A stretch of 64,000 nt of DNA from Paramoeba atlantica (Eukaryota > Protista > Discosea). This document shows positions 44,514 to 55,463 of this stretch, piece by piece; position 1 is the first letter of the stretch, and each line of letters begins with the position of its first letter. The notes below the pieces were generated by a model. The model made no database searches. It was not told the origin of the DNA and saw only the letters and a program-made list of their open reading frames with translations. The translations under genes and the position numbers were made by a program. The stretch lies in the NCBI GenBank assembly GCA_977017575.1, contig CDRNVI010000021.1, positions 434,001 through 498,000 on the forward strand, in the 5' to 3' direction.

Positions 44514-45788
44514 ATGCCGGTCCCACGAAACTTGGGTGAATTACAGGAGGAGGTTGATGCTCTAGACCCTCGCTACCGTCTGGAAAAGATTATAGGACAT
44601 GGAAGCTATGGAATGGTGATTCGGGCCCGTGACACCACAGATAACTGCCAAGTAGCGATCAAACGAATAAACAGTGAAATTTTTGCCGAGACCATTCTTG
44701 CTCTACGCATCCTCCGGGAGATTAAACTCTTATCCCATTTTCACGACGAAAATATTGTCGGGATCCGCAACATTCTCTCCCCACCGACAGAAGAGTTCAC
44801 GGAGTTTTATCTTGTGATGGATATGATGGAAACCGATCTAAAGCAGGTACTGCGGTCGAATCAAAAACTCACAGATGCCCACATTCAGTTTTTTCTCTAC
44901 CAAGCCCTGCGGGCGCTAAAGGTCATTCACAGCGCTGGGGTGATTCACCGAGACGTCACTCCATCTAACATTCTTGTCAACACGAACTGCGACTTGAAGA
45001 TTTGTGACTTTGGGCTTGCCAAGGAGGAGACGGAAGGGGCGGAACGCACGGACTACGTCACCATGCGATGGTACAGAGCCCCTGATCTGGTAATGGAACA
45101 CCGGCACTATGACGCTCAAGTCGACGTCTGGGGAGTAGGCTGTATCTTAGGCGAGCTGTTGGGCTCCAAACCGCTCTTCCCGGGAAAGGATCGAGTCAAC
45201 CAACTGGATAAGATATTGGACATCACTGGAACCCCTCCCGAGGAGGAGGTTTTGAGTCTGGGAAGCACCGCGGCACAACGCTACGTGATGCGAAAATCAA
45301 GTCTCAATCCAGTGGATTTCACGGAACGCTATCCTCAGGCGAATCCGCTTGCCGTGGATCTGTTAGAGAAACTTCTTAAATTTCACCCAAAGAATCGTAT
45401 TACAGTTGATCAAGCCCTTAAACATCCATATTTTACGGAGCTTTACGACGAGTCAGACACACAAGTTCAAGTGGTACCCTTCGCTTTTCGAGAGTCTGAC
45501 TATGCAACAATACGAGACGTAAAGCGTGCAATCGTAGAAGAATCCATAAAATTTCATCGACGCTTTCCTTTAACAAAGCCTCCCAAAGGCATGGGATGCT
45601 CTGTGGAGGTAATGAATAGCTATGCTGGGCGAAGCAGCAATACTTGTTTATCTGAGGAGGAGACGGAAGACACTCGAATCGCTTCTGAGAACAATAGTGG
45701 CACACCTTCCAATTCGGAAAGCTCCACTTCTCCAAGCATCGTCGTAAGCCCTTCGAGTGGCTCAAGCAAGAGTGAAGCACCTTTATAG
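44514..45788 (+). CDS. Mitogen-activated protein kinase (CMGC family, TDY activation loop)
   Basis: GHGSYG, VAIK, LREIKLL, HRDVTPSN, KICDFGLA, TDYVTMRWYRAPD, DVWGVGCILGEL. The ATG follows a poly-T tract. Confidence 0.93.
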   Translation: MPVPRNLGELQEEVDALDPRYRLEKIIGHGSYGMVIRARDTTDNCQVAIKRINSEIFAETILALRILREIKLLSHFHDENIVGIRNILSPPTEEFTEFYLVMDMMETDLKQVLRSNQKLTDAHIQFFLYQALRALKVIHSAGVIHRDVTPSNILVNTNCDLKICDFGLAKEETEGAERTDYVTMRWYRAPDLVMEHRHYDAQVDVWGVGCILGELLGSKPLFPGKDRVNQLDKILDITGTPPEEEVLSLGSTAAQRYVMRKSSLNPVDFTERYPQANPLAVDLLEKLLKFHPKNRITVDQALKHPYFTELYDESDTQVQVVPFAFRESDYATIRDVKRAIVEESIKFHRRFPLTKPPKGMGCSVEVMNSYAGRSSNTCLSEEETEDTRIASENNSGTPSNSESSTSPSIVVSPSSGSSKSEAPL

Positions 45789-46079
45789 CTTCTGTGTTTT
45801 CAATTGCACACATGATTTGTACATGATTAAAATGTGCAACGTAATTTTGTTTATATTCTTTCACAAACGATAATTCATATCATCCTGATATTTTGATTTT
45901 CGGGGTCTTTCTGTGGCATTGCAATTTATAATGGTGAAATCCTTGCCGACTGACCACGAATAAATTTTACTGTATCTAGCATATCAGTGATGAATATCGT
46001 ATCAATGAATTTCTTATAGAAAACATCACGTCACTCTGAATAACTACTTTTCTGAATTTTTTTCTCCTTATCTCAATTC

Positions 46080-48008
46080 ATGGCCTACAACTTCAAAGGT
46101 ATTACGCCTATACCAAGTTCTTCCCAGGATTTAGTAGATATCGTGCTTAGCAAAACTCAGCGCAAAACTCCTACTGTGATACATAGGAACTATGAAATTG
46201 CCCGGATTCGTAAATTTTATCTCCGAAAAGTCAAATTTACGCAACAAACGATACATGAGCGGCTCACAAAAATCTTGGAAGAGTTTCCTAAAATGGATGA
46301 CGTACACCCTTTTTATTCCGACTTGATGAATGTGCTTTACGATAAGGATCACTACAAAGTCGCGCTGGGGCAAATCTCATCTGTACGACACATTGTAGGG
46401 GTTATCTGTCGGGATTACGTCCGTTTGCTGAAGTATGGGGACTCCATGTACCGTTGTAAACAGGTAAAGAGAGCTGCACTGGGACGTATGGCTACAGTGT
46501 TGAAAAAGTTGGGGCCTACACTGTCCTACTTGGAGCAAGTGCGCCAGCATTTATCCCGTCTCCCTGCAATTGATCCAAACACTCGCACACTTTTGATCTG
46601 TGGGTTTCCTAATGTGGGAAAATCTAGTTTTCTGAATAAGGTTAGTCGCGCTGATGTAGAGGTTCAACCGTATGCTTTTACCACGAAATCGCTCTACGTC
46701 GGGCATACGGAGTATAACTACATGCCTTGGCAAGTAATCGACACTCCTGGGATTCTAGATCACTCCTTGGATGAACGCAATGTGATTGAAATGCAATCTA
46801 TCACTGCGCTGGCTCATTTACAAGCCACTGTGTTGTACTTTATGGATCTCTCTGCGCAATGTGGTTATTCTGTAGAGGCTCAGTGTTCACTTTTTCACAA
46901 CATCCAGCCTTTGTTTGCTGGGAAACCACTTGTCATTGTATTTAACAAATCTGATCTTTGTCGGCGCGACCAACTTGCACCGCAGGAGAAGGCGATGCTT
47001 GAACAGATGCTTCAGAATACCGGCCCTAATGTGCAAACAATTGAAACAAGCACGCTGAGAGACGATGCGGTTGGAGACCTTAAGGTCATGGCATGCGAAC
47101 AGTTGCTTCGTGCAAGAATAGGTGAAAAGCAACTTCGAGCCAAGGAGGGTACCCTTCAAAATCGTTTATATTGCGCACTGCCAAAACGTAGAGACAACAT
47201 TGACCGTCCCGCATATATTCCCGAATCCGTGGTGGAAGAGAGAAAAAGCGGAGCACCTCCACCCATGAAGACCGAGAAAGATTATGAAGCAGAAAATGGT
47301 GGACCTGGGGTGTATTTTCCGAAGTTAAGTAAGCATTATATTTTGAAAGAGGAGGTCTGGAAAGATGATGTCGTTCCTGAAATTATGGATGGAATGAATA
47401 TTCAAGATTTTATTGACCCTGACATCGAAGAACAGCTTATCCAACTTGAGATCGAAGAAGAAAATCAGCTGCAAAAGGAGAAAGAGGAAGAATCTACTAA
47501 GAAATTGCCCAAAGTAGATTCCAAGGCGAAACTGGCAGTACAAATTATTCGCTCGAAAATTGCTATCCGAAAAATGGAACGAGCGGTTGAAAAGACACGC
47601 TCATCATCTGCTCCTAAATCCAAACAAATGAAAGCAGCAATAGAAAAACAGCGGGAAAACATTGGTGGGCAGAACCCGAGTGGCAAGGAGGTTCAAAAGA
47701 GAGGGCGTAGCACTCGAGCTGAGCAAGCGCTAGAGAAGGAAAGAGCATCTAGCGCGCATCTCAGCACAGGTCGTACTCGCTCATTATCTTCTCGTAATCG
47801 TTCTGCAGACCGATCTATGAGCGTCAGACGAGGGGAAGGGTACAAAGACGTGTCACAAAAAATGCGTGCCGTGTCATTGTCACGTCGAGACTCGCGTAAG
47901 TGGTCCAATCAAGGACGTAAGGGTGAGGCCGACCGTAGCGTCCCTACACTGAAACCTAAACATTTGTATACTGGGAAAATGTCCTTGGGAACTCGTCGAT
48001 CGAGGTAA
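46080..48008 (+). CDS. NOG1: Nucleolar GTP-binding protein 1
   Basis: [70 protein letters not shown]. Confidence 0.96.
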   Translation: MAYNFKGITPIPSSSQDLVDIVLSKTQRKTPTVIHRNYEIARIRKFYLRKVKFTQQTIHERLTKILEEFPKMDDVHPFYSDLMNVLYDKDHYKVALGQISSVRHIVGVICRDYVRLLKYGDSMYRCKQVKRAALGRMATVLKKLGPTLSYLEQVRQHLSRLPAIDPNTRTLLICGFPNVGKSSFLNKVSRADVEVQPYAFTTKSLYVGHTEYNYMPWQVIDTPGILDHSLDERNVIEMQSITALAHLQATVLYFMDLSAQCGYSVEAQCSLFHNIQPLFAGKPLVIVFNKSDLCRRDQLAPQEKAMLEQMLQNTGPNVQTIETSTLRDDAVGDLKVMACEQLLRARIGEKQLRAKEGTLQNRLYCALPKRRDNIDRPAYIPESVVEERKSGAPPPMKTEKDYEAENGGPGVYFPKLSKHYILKEEVWKDDVVPEIMDGMNIQDFIDPDIEEQLIQLEIEEENQLQKEKEEESTKKLPKVDSKAKLAVQIIRSKIAIRKMERAVEKTRSSSAPKSKQMKAAIEKQRENIGGQNPSGKEVQKRGRSTRAEQALEKERASSAHLSTGRTRSLSSRNRSADRSMSVRRGEGYKDVSQKMRAVSLSRRDSRKWSNQGRKGEADRSVPTLKPKHLYTGKMSLGTRRSR

Positions 48009-48554
48009 AAAGGGAAAGTCTTGATAAAAACGCTTATTTCTTATTATCTATGTGCTTGTCAGGAAAATACTTTTTTAAATAGGTATTTAAGCTAATCGTC
48101 CATGAATTCATAATGTTTCGAAGTCAGAAAATTGTTACACATATTTTGTTTTATATCAATTTAATGCATACGTACGAAAGAGAACGTGTCATACGATTAT
48201 TATTTATAGTACAACTCATAACAAAAGTGTCTTTACAATAAAGACCAATCACTCACTTATTATTAAAGGAACTATGAATTGTAGTGTATTTTTATGCTGC
48301 GTTGTACAAGTTTCTATAAGCGTAAGAGAGGGAGGTTACGAGTAAGGATCAAACTGGTATCATACAAGACCATGAGAATGCAGCATTTTAATCTCCTCGG
48401 CTCCATGGATAACGGTTAGAATACGGTTACACGGGGTAATTGCCCATCAGGCTTTGGTAACCGAGGCCAAAGCTAGGGTATTCATTTTTTTATCAGTTTA
48501 ATATTTAGATTTTCTTTCGTTACAGTCTCCTACATTTCTGTGTTCGATACTTGA

Positions 48555-49319
48555 ATGACCCAAACACATCCTACGAAACGAGTGAGAGAGGCTTCCGAAA
48601 AGGATACTGGTTCCTCGTTAGCTTCGAACTCTGCACTCCAAGGAGACCGCCGGTTGCACTGCGACTTGCTTCAGCGCCTGGAGCAACAAGATCCGGATAA
48701 ACGGTTTTCAAAGCCCGTGGATGACAATTTGCATCCTGAATACCGCTCTTATGTGGAGCACCCTATCGATTTCTCTGTGATTGCGGACCGGATTGTTAGC
48801 GAGGAAGGCTATGCCTCTCATTCTGAGTTTATTACGGACGTTGATCGTGTTTTTATCAACGCCGTCGCGTATTACCCCGAATCCGGGGAAGAGTTCAAGA
48901 AGGCTCTGGAATTACGACACTTCTGGGAGGAGCTGTTGGTGGAGTCCGGACTGAAGTGGGGTGACGGCGACACTTGCGAGCCTCCGACAGGGCATGACGT
49001 CTCGGATGAGACTTCCGAGGATGAAGAGCAGTTTGCGGTAGGTGAGGACTGGGAGGATTTGAAAAGACGTATGATGGCAGAAGCCGAAATGCCGATCGAT
49101 GAGGTTCTTCAGAACATGCAGGAGGAGGGCCGTTCGAAGGCCAGATGGGAGAAAAGCCCCTCGGGAGATCGTGTGGAGGAATTGTCATCAGAAACGACAA
49201 GTGATTCTGAAGAGGAGGAGGAAAGCGATATGAGCACCGATGATTCGGGGAGTAATTACGAAGTGGATGATGACAGCGACATATCTGACGATATGGCGGA
49301 TGAATTCGGGCTCTCCTAA
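48555..49319 (+). CDS. Bromodomain factor with acidic C-terminus (atypical acetyl-lysine pocket)
   Basis: FSKPVD...PEYRSYVEHPIDFSVI...Y.....F..DV..VF.NA..Y; D/E-rich tail. Confidence 0.85.
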   Translation: MTQTHPTKRVREASEKDTGSSLASNSALQGDRRLHCDLLQRLEQQDPDKRFSKPVDDNLHPEYRSYVEHPIDFSVIADRIVSEEGYASHSEFITDVDRVFINAVAYYPESGEEFKKALELRHFWEELLVESGLKWGDGDTCEPPTGHDVSDETSEDEEQFAVGEDWEDLKRRMMAEAEMPIDEVLQNMQEEGRSKARWEKSPSGDRVEELSSETTSDSEEEEESDMSTDDSGSNYEVDDDSDISDDMADEFGLS

Positions 49320-49589
49320 TTCGAACTCGAATTGCCGACATCGCTGGGAGATCTCGGTGTAGCAATATCGCTTTCTTTTTATTTGGTATCGAATTTACAA
49401 TTGAGAATTACGAACACGAATTATGTTTTGTTTTCACTATCCCTATAGTACAGTACGCCTGTATTGTACTAGAGAAACCGAGACACTGTTTAGCTATTCC
49501 CTTTTGTCGATTCCTTATCAATATTTTCGTAATTAATATTCTCCGAAAACCCTTCAAAAATACTTTTCCTTTCATTTCTTCTGTATTAT

Positions 49590-50560
49590 CCTTCCTCCTC
49601 CTCCTTATCCCGCCCCCCAATGAAAACCTTTGTCCTCCACGGCCACTCCAAATCCATCCAATCCCTCACCTACAACCCCGAGGGCGACCTCCTGTTCACC
49701 ACCGCCCTGGACAACGTCCCCCTGGTCTGGTCCCCCACCACCGGAGCCCTGCTCGGGTCCTACCGCGGCCACAAGGGTGCGGTGTGGTGCTGTGCCGTCA
49801 ACTACACCTCCACGCTCTTCGCCACCGGAGGGGGAGACCAACACTGGCGGCTCTGGAGCGTCTCTACCGGGGAGTCCGTCGCAGCTGTTGAGATGCCCAC
49901 CGCCGTGAAGGCGGTTGAACTCAGTCACGGGGACACCCACCTGCTGGCGGTTACGAATGCCCAATTTCGTCAAACCCCCGCAGTGAATCTGTTTCATCTC
50001 CCGCCCGATCCCGTAACTTGGAAAGGGGAGTACGTCCCGGCGTTACGGATCGAGAGTGAGAGTGTGATTCGTAGCGCACGGTTTGGCCCGACAAACGAGT
50101 CGGTGTATTTCGCCTGTGAGGATGGGATGGTCGGGGTTGCGGATACCTCCACGGGGCAGGTTGTTCGTAAAGCTCAAATTCATAATGGCATAGCGTACCG
50201 ATTGAAGTGGGATGCAGAGTATTCAACGTTGTTGTCATGTGGGGCGGATTCCACGGCGAAATTGCTTGATTCTCGTACGTTGGAGGTGATACAAACGTAT
50301 GAGCACGAAAAGGGGAAACACGTGCTGGATGCGGATCTGGCGCCTCAGGCACATCATGTGTTGTTGGGTGGCGGGGAGGATGCCCAGAGTGTGACAAATA
50401 TTCGGGGGAGTCATTTTGAGTCCCGGTTTTGTCATAAAGTCACTGGAAAATATTTAGGTGGAATTTGTGAGCATTTCTCTCCAATTAACGCGGTTGCTTT
50501 CCATCCTTTAGGGAGAGGCTTCACAACGGGGGGAGAGGACGGTATGGTGCGCGTTCATGT
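49590..50560. other. C-rich to G-rich strand-skew island 2 (over the eIF3i 5' flank and CDS)
   Basis: C-run-rich at 49590-49790; G-rich at about 50060-50560; the transition is more gradual than in island 1. Confidence 0.75.
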
Positions 50561-50645
50561 ATTTGACAAAAGTTATTTGGAAAGTCCGGGAGCGGAACTT
50601 CTGAAAGTAAATATGGGTTCCGCATGGGAAACGATTTCCGCATGA
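49620..50645 (+). CDS. EIF3I: Translation initiation factor eIF3 subunit i (WD40)
   Basis: LHGHSKSIQSLTYNPEGDLLFT...LLGSYRGHKGAVWC; HFSPINAVAFHP.G..FTTGGEDG.VRVH.FD. Confidence 0.93.
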   Translation: MKTFVLHGHSKSIQSLTYNPEGDLLFTTALDNVPLVWSPTTGALLGSYRGHKGAVWCCAVNYTSTLFATGGGDQHWRLWSVSTGESVAAVEMPTAVKAVELSHGDTHLLAVTNAQFRQTPAVNLFHLPPDPVTWKGEYVPALRIESESVIRSARFGPTNESVYFACEDGMVGVADTSTGQVVRKAQIHNGIAYRLKWDAEYSTLLSCGADSTAKLLDSRTLEVIQTYEHEKGKHVLDADLAPQAHHVLLGGGEDAQSVTNIRGSHFESRFCHKVTGKYLGGICEHFSPINAVAFHPLGRGFTTGGEDGMVRVHVFDKSYLESPGAELLKVNMGSAWETISA

Positions 50646-51062
50646 GTTTACTGTACTCGATGGGAAACACTCATCGTACTCTATTCTAGTTTACTGTCTT
50701 TTGATTAGTGTCTGGGGAGAGACATTCCTTAAGGTATCTATCTATTTCAGACACAAAAACTAAGTCATATTTATCTTTGGTAACGTTAATATTCCGTTAG
50801 CAGAGATTCCTTCAACTTAGTTCATCAACGCAAATTATATAAACTCTGCGCACGAATATACATGTTCAAGTTATAAAGATTTACGATACACATGAGAGGC
50901 TGCGGGTGATCTCACGCAATCTCGCGTGGTATCGTTTGGACCTCCCCCGCAGCCCCTTGCATGCACTTACAAGTAATAAGTATTACTTACAAGTAATAAG
51001 GGTAAGAATGTTATCTAGCCACATGGATATTAAAAGGATAGAATATTGTTCGTCAATATAAA

Positions 51063-51854
51063 ATGCTTATTCCGCTTGAGATTGTAGTGTTTAGACTCGC
51101 GGATACTTCTTGCTCTCAGGCACCACGACGCGCCAGGGCGCATAAAATTGAGGCATCACTTCTTCCTCTCGAATATCAGTTAGATCGTTTCCTGCATACT
51201 GTAGAATGTAGACACCCGACGTGGAATGATTCCACACCAGGATGTACATGGAAAGGCGTGCAGTGTGACGATTCTGGGCATATGAAACACATTGATTGGG
51301 ATTCGTGGAAAAGAAAAGCGCATGGGCCGCCTTTAAAAGGTTTTTTAAACTGGAATTTCCTTCCTCGAAGCACTCAATCCCTGCGAGTTGGGAGTAACCA
51401 ATTGAGGAGTGTCCCCTGTTGTACAAACCAGTGCCACAGCAGCGGGGTGATCACAGTAGATTTAAGAAGCCTTCCTCAAAAAATTGAACGGTTTGAGCTC
51501 GGCGGAAATAAATTTACAGGTGGGTTAGATCTGACGGCCCTGCCATCGCAATTGCGTGTTCTATACTTGGAAACCAATAGCTTCAACGGAGAAATAGATT
51601 TAACGACTCTTCCCCCAAGTCTTCGTGAACTTGGACTTTGTCGTAATAAATTATCAGGGTCACTCGATCTTACTCGACTTACTGAGGGTATTCATCATTT
51701 ATGGCTTCAGAGTAACACATTTGAAGGTGTTGCAGACTTAAGATCTCTCCCAAAGAGCATGAAATTGATCAATGTCCAACACAATGCATGGAAAGTTATA
51801 GCGCCTAATCAAAATTTTAAGTACAGCTACGGAGCCTATCGTTCAACTTCGTGA
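51063..51854 (+). CDS. Short leucine-rich repeat protein, paralogue of 40034-40663
   Basis: WNDSTPGCTWKGVQC; LPSQLRVLYLETNSFNGEIDLTTLPPSLRELGLCRNKLSGSLDL. Confidence 0.9.
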   Translation: MLIPLEIVVFRLADTSCSQAPRRARAHKIEASLLPLEYQLDRFLHTVECRHPTWNDSTPGCTWKGVQCDDSGHMKHIDWDSWKRKAHGPPLKGFLNWNFLPRSTQSLRVGSNQLRSVPCCTNQCHSSGVITVDLRSLPQKIERFELGGNKFTGGLDLTALPSQLRVLYLETNSFNGEIDLTTLPPSLRELGLCRNKLSGSLDLTRLTEGIHHLWLQSNTFEGVADLRSLPKSMKLINVQHNAWKVIAPNQNFKYSYGAYRSTS

Positions 51855-52118
51855 TTTCGCTAATACAGTCTAACTTCTAAAACGATCAAATCAATTTGAA
51901 AAAGGACATGCCTGTAGCCGTTTAATGAAATTATCGTTCATTTTTGCTTGATTTTGGTCCCTTTTTGGTGCAAGTTTCATTTCGTCACGATATTTTGCTC
52001 GAATTCAATTCATTGAAGTCAATTAAAAATAAGAATTCTATTTTGTTGATATAATATCATGGTTACGTCCTTGGCTTATATGAATTCCCGATGAAGTATA
52101 TTCTTTGGGCCTTTATCA

Positions 52119-53123
52119 ATGAACACTGTACGAGCTGCTCTGATTCTTGGTGTGAATACGGACGCATCTCTTCAGCAAATAAAAGAAAAATATCGCGAGT
52201 TGGCCGGAAAGTATCATCCTGATACTCCAAAGGGGTGTAAAAATAAATTTCAGGAGATTTCTGAGGCATACGAAGTTTTAAAAAAACGTTCCTTGGAGCC
52301 GACAGTATCAGCCCCAAATTTGTGGGGATTTCACCCCGCTGCTTCAGATACCAATATTAATCTGCAATACGATCCCCGAATTCCCCGGGTATACGCCCCT
52401 CGAAAACCTTATGGTTTTCGAGATTTGCTGCAAGAAAAGGGTATGATTGTTCTTTTTTTAATATTGATAATGGTTGCACTTGCTATATTCAACTGTTATG
52501 TGCTTCATAATCTTTACCTACAAGCTGCTGAAGGTTCACGTGTCAACTTTTTTATGAAGAACAATTCACAAAAAATATCTCTACAATACGACGATTCTCT
52601 AGCCACTCGTGTAACAAAATCTTCTCCCCCAGAACCGCTCTTTATCTCCCAAGCATCGTATCCGGCACAAACATCTGAAAGTAATGAAACTATACTTGGA
52701 AGCCTTCAAAGGCATATGAATGACACATCGCAACTTCCATTGCGTGCAATTCTATTGAACGTTACTTCTTTCACTCGTAATCAACGTTTTGATAAATGTC
52801 GACACACAATATCTTGGAATGAGGCTCAAAAGCTTCTAGCTGATGAAAATATAAAAGGAAAACGAAATTTTCAAGCATCCGCTGAGCATGAAACCTATGA
52901 TTGGAGAAGGGAGAGCGTATCCTCCCTTCCTTGTTCTATTTCTGAAAATATTCGTCCCGTTGTACGGGCCCTCAATCGCGTGACGTCATGTAACCCTAAA
53001 GATTTTGTTTATACAGATATAGACATTATAAAGGATAATGAAATTACGACTAATCCGTGTGTAATAAGGATATTGGGAGAGCGATCCATGAACAGAACTC
53101 AAAGAATTGTGCTCTCCACGTAG
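52119..53123 (+). CDS. DnaJ-domain membrane protein
   Basis: ALILGV...[15 protein letters not shown]...[13 protein letters not shown]; TM segment [21 protein letters not shown]. Confidence 0.88.
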   Translation: MNTVRAALILGVNTDASLQQIKEKYRELAGKYHPDTPKGCKNKFQEISEAYEVLKKRSLEPTVSAPNLWGFHPAASDTNINLQYDPRIPRVYAPRKPYGFRDLLQEKGMIVLFLILIMVALAIFNCYVLHNLYLQAAEGSRVNFFMKNNSQKISLQYDDSLATRVTKSSPPEPLFISQASYPAQTSESNETILGSLQRHMNDTSQLPLRAILLNVTSFTRNQRFDKCRHTISWNEAQKLLADENIKGKRNFQASAEHETYDWRRESVSSLPCSISENIRPVVRALNRVTSCNPKDFVYTDIDIIKDNEITTNPCVIRILGERSMNRTQRIVLST

Positions 53124-53550
53124 GGTGCAGAAGCTTTATTTCTTAACTACTTTCGTACCTTGAGAGTTTCTAACCTAATTCTGTCGTCAGTCGAGCAATC
53201 TCTTAACCCCAAATGACAAAATCTTCTTTGCTAATGAGTCGTTTACGCTTCTGGGGTGGCCTCCGCATCACAATCCCACTGGGAATCTCTGGTATCACCT
53301 CAAAAAAGAGATTGACGGTCGCTCGACTCCATGCACAGGTGTTTTGGAACACCCTCTAAGATGCAAGAACATTTATTAAACGTTTATCGAATCTCAGAAC
53401 CAAATCGGGAGAACCTGTCCCAGTAAAGTCCATTTTCACTAAATTTTATTACTGAGGTGTAGACCTAAATGCATATATTTTTGTCTTCAAAATCTTATTG
53501 CTATATTCAACAGGTCACGTAAGCAATGTCATGTGTGCCCTTTTGACCTC

Positions 53551-55266
53551 ATGGCGATTAGGGCAGGTAGTTCGTATCGAAACATTCTGCTATGGTTTAA
53601 TGTAGGAGATTTGCGCCTACATGACAACTACGCCGTCATCTTTGCCTGTCGACGGGCAAAGGAGCTTGTGGGTCAAATTTATCCATGTTTTTGCTTTGAC
53701 CCAAGAACATTTTCTGCAGCCAGTGAAATAGGCGGCTTTTTGCGGTCTCATCCTCGCAGGGCTCGTTTTGCAATCGAATGTGTCGCCGACTTGCGCAAAT
53801 CCTTGTGGGATCTCCATCAACATCGATTATTGATACGACTTGGATCCCCCGAAGACTTGCTTGGGAAATTAGCTTGCGAGCTGCAATGTTGCGAAATTTT
53901 TGCCCACGATCCATCAAGCCCAGAGGAAAGAGAAGTGCAACAGAAACTACAGAGCAACATTAAAGAAGCAGGGATGGACGTTTCATTGCGTACTATTTGG
54001 GGAAGCACTTTACTTCATATTGACGACCTTTCTCTTCCTGTGGAGGAATTTCCTACAGAGTTTCGTAGATATGCGGATCTTTTTTACCGATCTAAAATAC
54101 GTCGTACCTTTGCTTTCGATGGTAGAAAAACGGGCGTTTTTCCAGGTCCCCCACGCGAGAATGTCTTAGAAATAGGAGGCTTGCCAACATTGGTTGATTT
54201 AGGCTATAAAGAGCCTGTTATTAGAGATGATCCAACAGACACTGATTCTCGTCAGGTTCTCATGTTTAAAGGGGGAGAAACGGAAGCATGTGAGCGTGTT
54301 CGAACATTTATGGAGTCCGACTGTATTCGCAACTACGGACCAGGACGCACGGACCGCGAGAGGTATTCCCTCTTTGGCTACAAAACTGCCAGTCGTTTGA
54401 GCCCATGGCTCGCCCACGGCTGTATTTCTCCCCGTCGTCTTTACGAGCTCGTCGCACAATACAGTCTCGACCACAACTCCGAACACGACTGGTCCTGTCG
54501 CGTCTTCCTTACCCACCTGCTCCGTCGTGACTACTGGACCTTTTTTCTGCGACGCTACGGTGCCTCGCTCTACGCTGTACATGGACCCACCCCTGCCTCC
54601 TACGCCCTCCGTCCCCCCTCCTCCTGGGGTCGCAACCCCCACCTGGTGCATCGCTGGTGTAACGCCACTACCGGGGTTCCGTTTGTGGATGCCGCAATGC
54701 GGGAACTCACACGCACGGGATACACCGCTACCCCCGGGCGTCGTGCTGTTTTTACGTACCTAGTCCGTGGACTCCAGCAGGATTGGCGTATTGCCGCGGA
54801 GTGGCTCCAGCGTAACCTGCTGGACTACGACCCCGGGGTGTGCTGGGGGAATGCAGCGCTGTGCGCGGGGCTGGTGTTCGACCTCGGGGCACCGTGGCCC
54901 CATGAGACCGCGGAGAAGCTCCAGCTGCGGTTTGATGGGGCGGGGCGGTACACCCGGCTGTGGGTGCCGGAGTTACATAACGTCCCCACGCCGTTTCTGC
55001 ACCGACCGCAGGCCATGACGAGGGAGATGCAGGAGATACATAAGACGCGGTTGGGGGTGGATTATCCTCACCCGGTGAAGTTGTGGTACGGTGCGGAGAA
55101 GGATGCGCGGGTGTTAGGGGAGCTGCAGAGCTATGTGGACTTGGGGAACACAATGATTGGGGAGGGGTACAGCTGCGGCACAGGTTTCTTGGGAAAGGGT
55201 GGAACCACACCGCCCTTGCTTTCAGGAAGCGGGGTGAATACAACGGTTGCACAGTTGACGGTTTAA
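53551..55266 (+). CDS. Cryptochrome/photolyase family protein, Cry-DASH-like but with degenerate FAD/substrate residues
   Basis: WF..DLRLHDN, CFDPR, ECVADLRKSL, FKGGETEA, SRLSPWLAHGCISPR, TGVPFVDAAMREL, DWR..AEW...LLDYD. Confidence 0.88.
   Translation: MAIRAGSSYRNILLWFNVGDLRLHDNYAVIFACRRAKELVGQIYPCFCFDPRTFSAASEIGGFLRSHPRRARFAIECVADLRKSLWDLHQHRLLIRLGSPEDLLGKLACELQCCEIFAHDPSSPEEREVQQKLQSNIKEAGMDVSLRTIWGSTLLHIDDLSLPVEEFPTEFRRYADLFYRSKIRRTFAFDGRKTGVFPGPPRENVLEIGGLPTLVDLGYKEPVIRDDPTDTDSRQVLMFKGGETEACERVRTFMESDCIRNYGPGRTDRERYSLFGYKTASRLSPWLAHGCISPRRLYELVAQYSLDHNSEHDWSCRVFLTHLLRRDYWTFFLRRYGASLYAVHGPTPASYALRPPSSWGRNPHLVHRWCNATTGVPFVDAAMRELTRTGYTATPGRRAVFTYLVRGLQQDWRIAAEWLQRNLLDYDPGVCWGNAALCAGLVFDLGAPWPHETAEKLQLRFDGAGRYTRLWVPELHNVPTPFLHRPQAMTREMQEIHKTRLGVDYPHPVKLWYGAEKDARVLGELQSYVDLGNTMIGEGYSCGTGFLGKGGTTPPLLSGSGVNTTVAQLTV
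54400..55240. other. C-rich to G-rich strand-skew island 3 (3' third of the cryptochrome-like CDS)
   Basis: C-rich at 54400-54740; G-rich at 54835-55230. The 5' two-thirds of the same CDS has ordinary composition. Confidence 0.85.
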
Positions 55267-55463
55267 CTCGAATTAAAATAGAACAAAGTACGTATTATAC
55301 GACTAGCAGGGTTTGAAGAACCGTCTTCTAGAAGACAACCAAATCCTGGCATCGAAACTTTGATCTGTTGCTCTGATTCGTCTTAAGAAAATTGGCAAGG
55401 CTTGTAAAACAATTTGTTTTTTGTGGTAGCTTTTCTTACGGTATAATATTCACAACTTGACAC

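Noticed and set aside
45987-46039. Possible C/D box snoRNA (gtgatga...ctga) upstream of NOG1
   Set aside because: It is only 53 nt, has no terminal stem, and shows at most 7 nt of complementarity to a recalled LSU rRNA motif.
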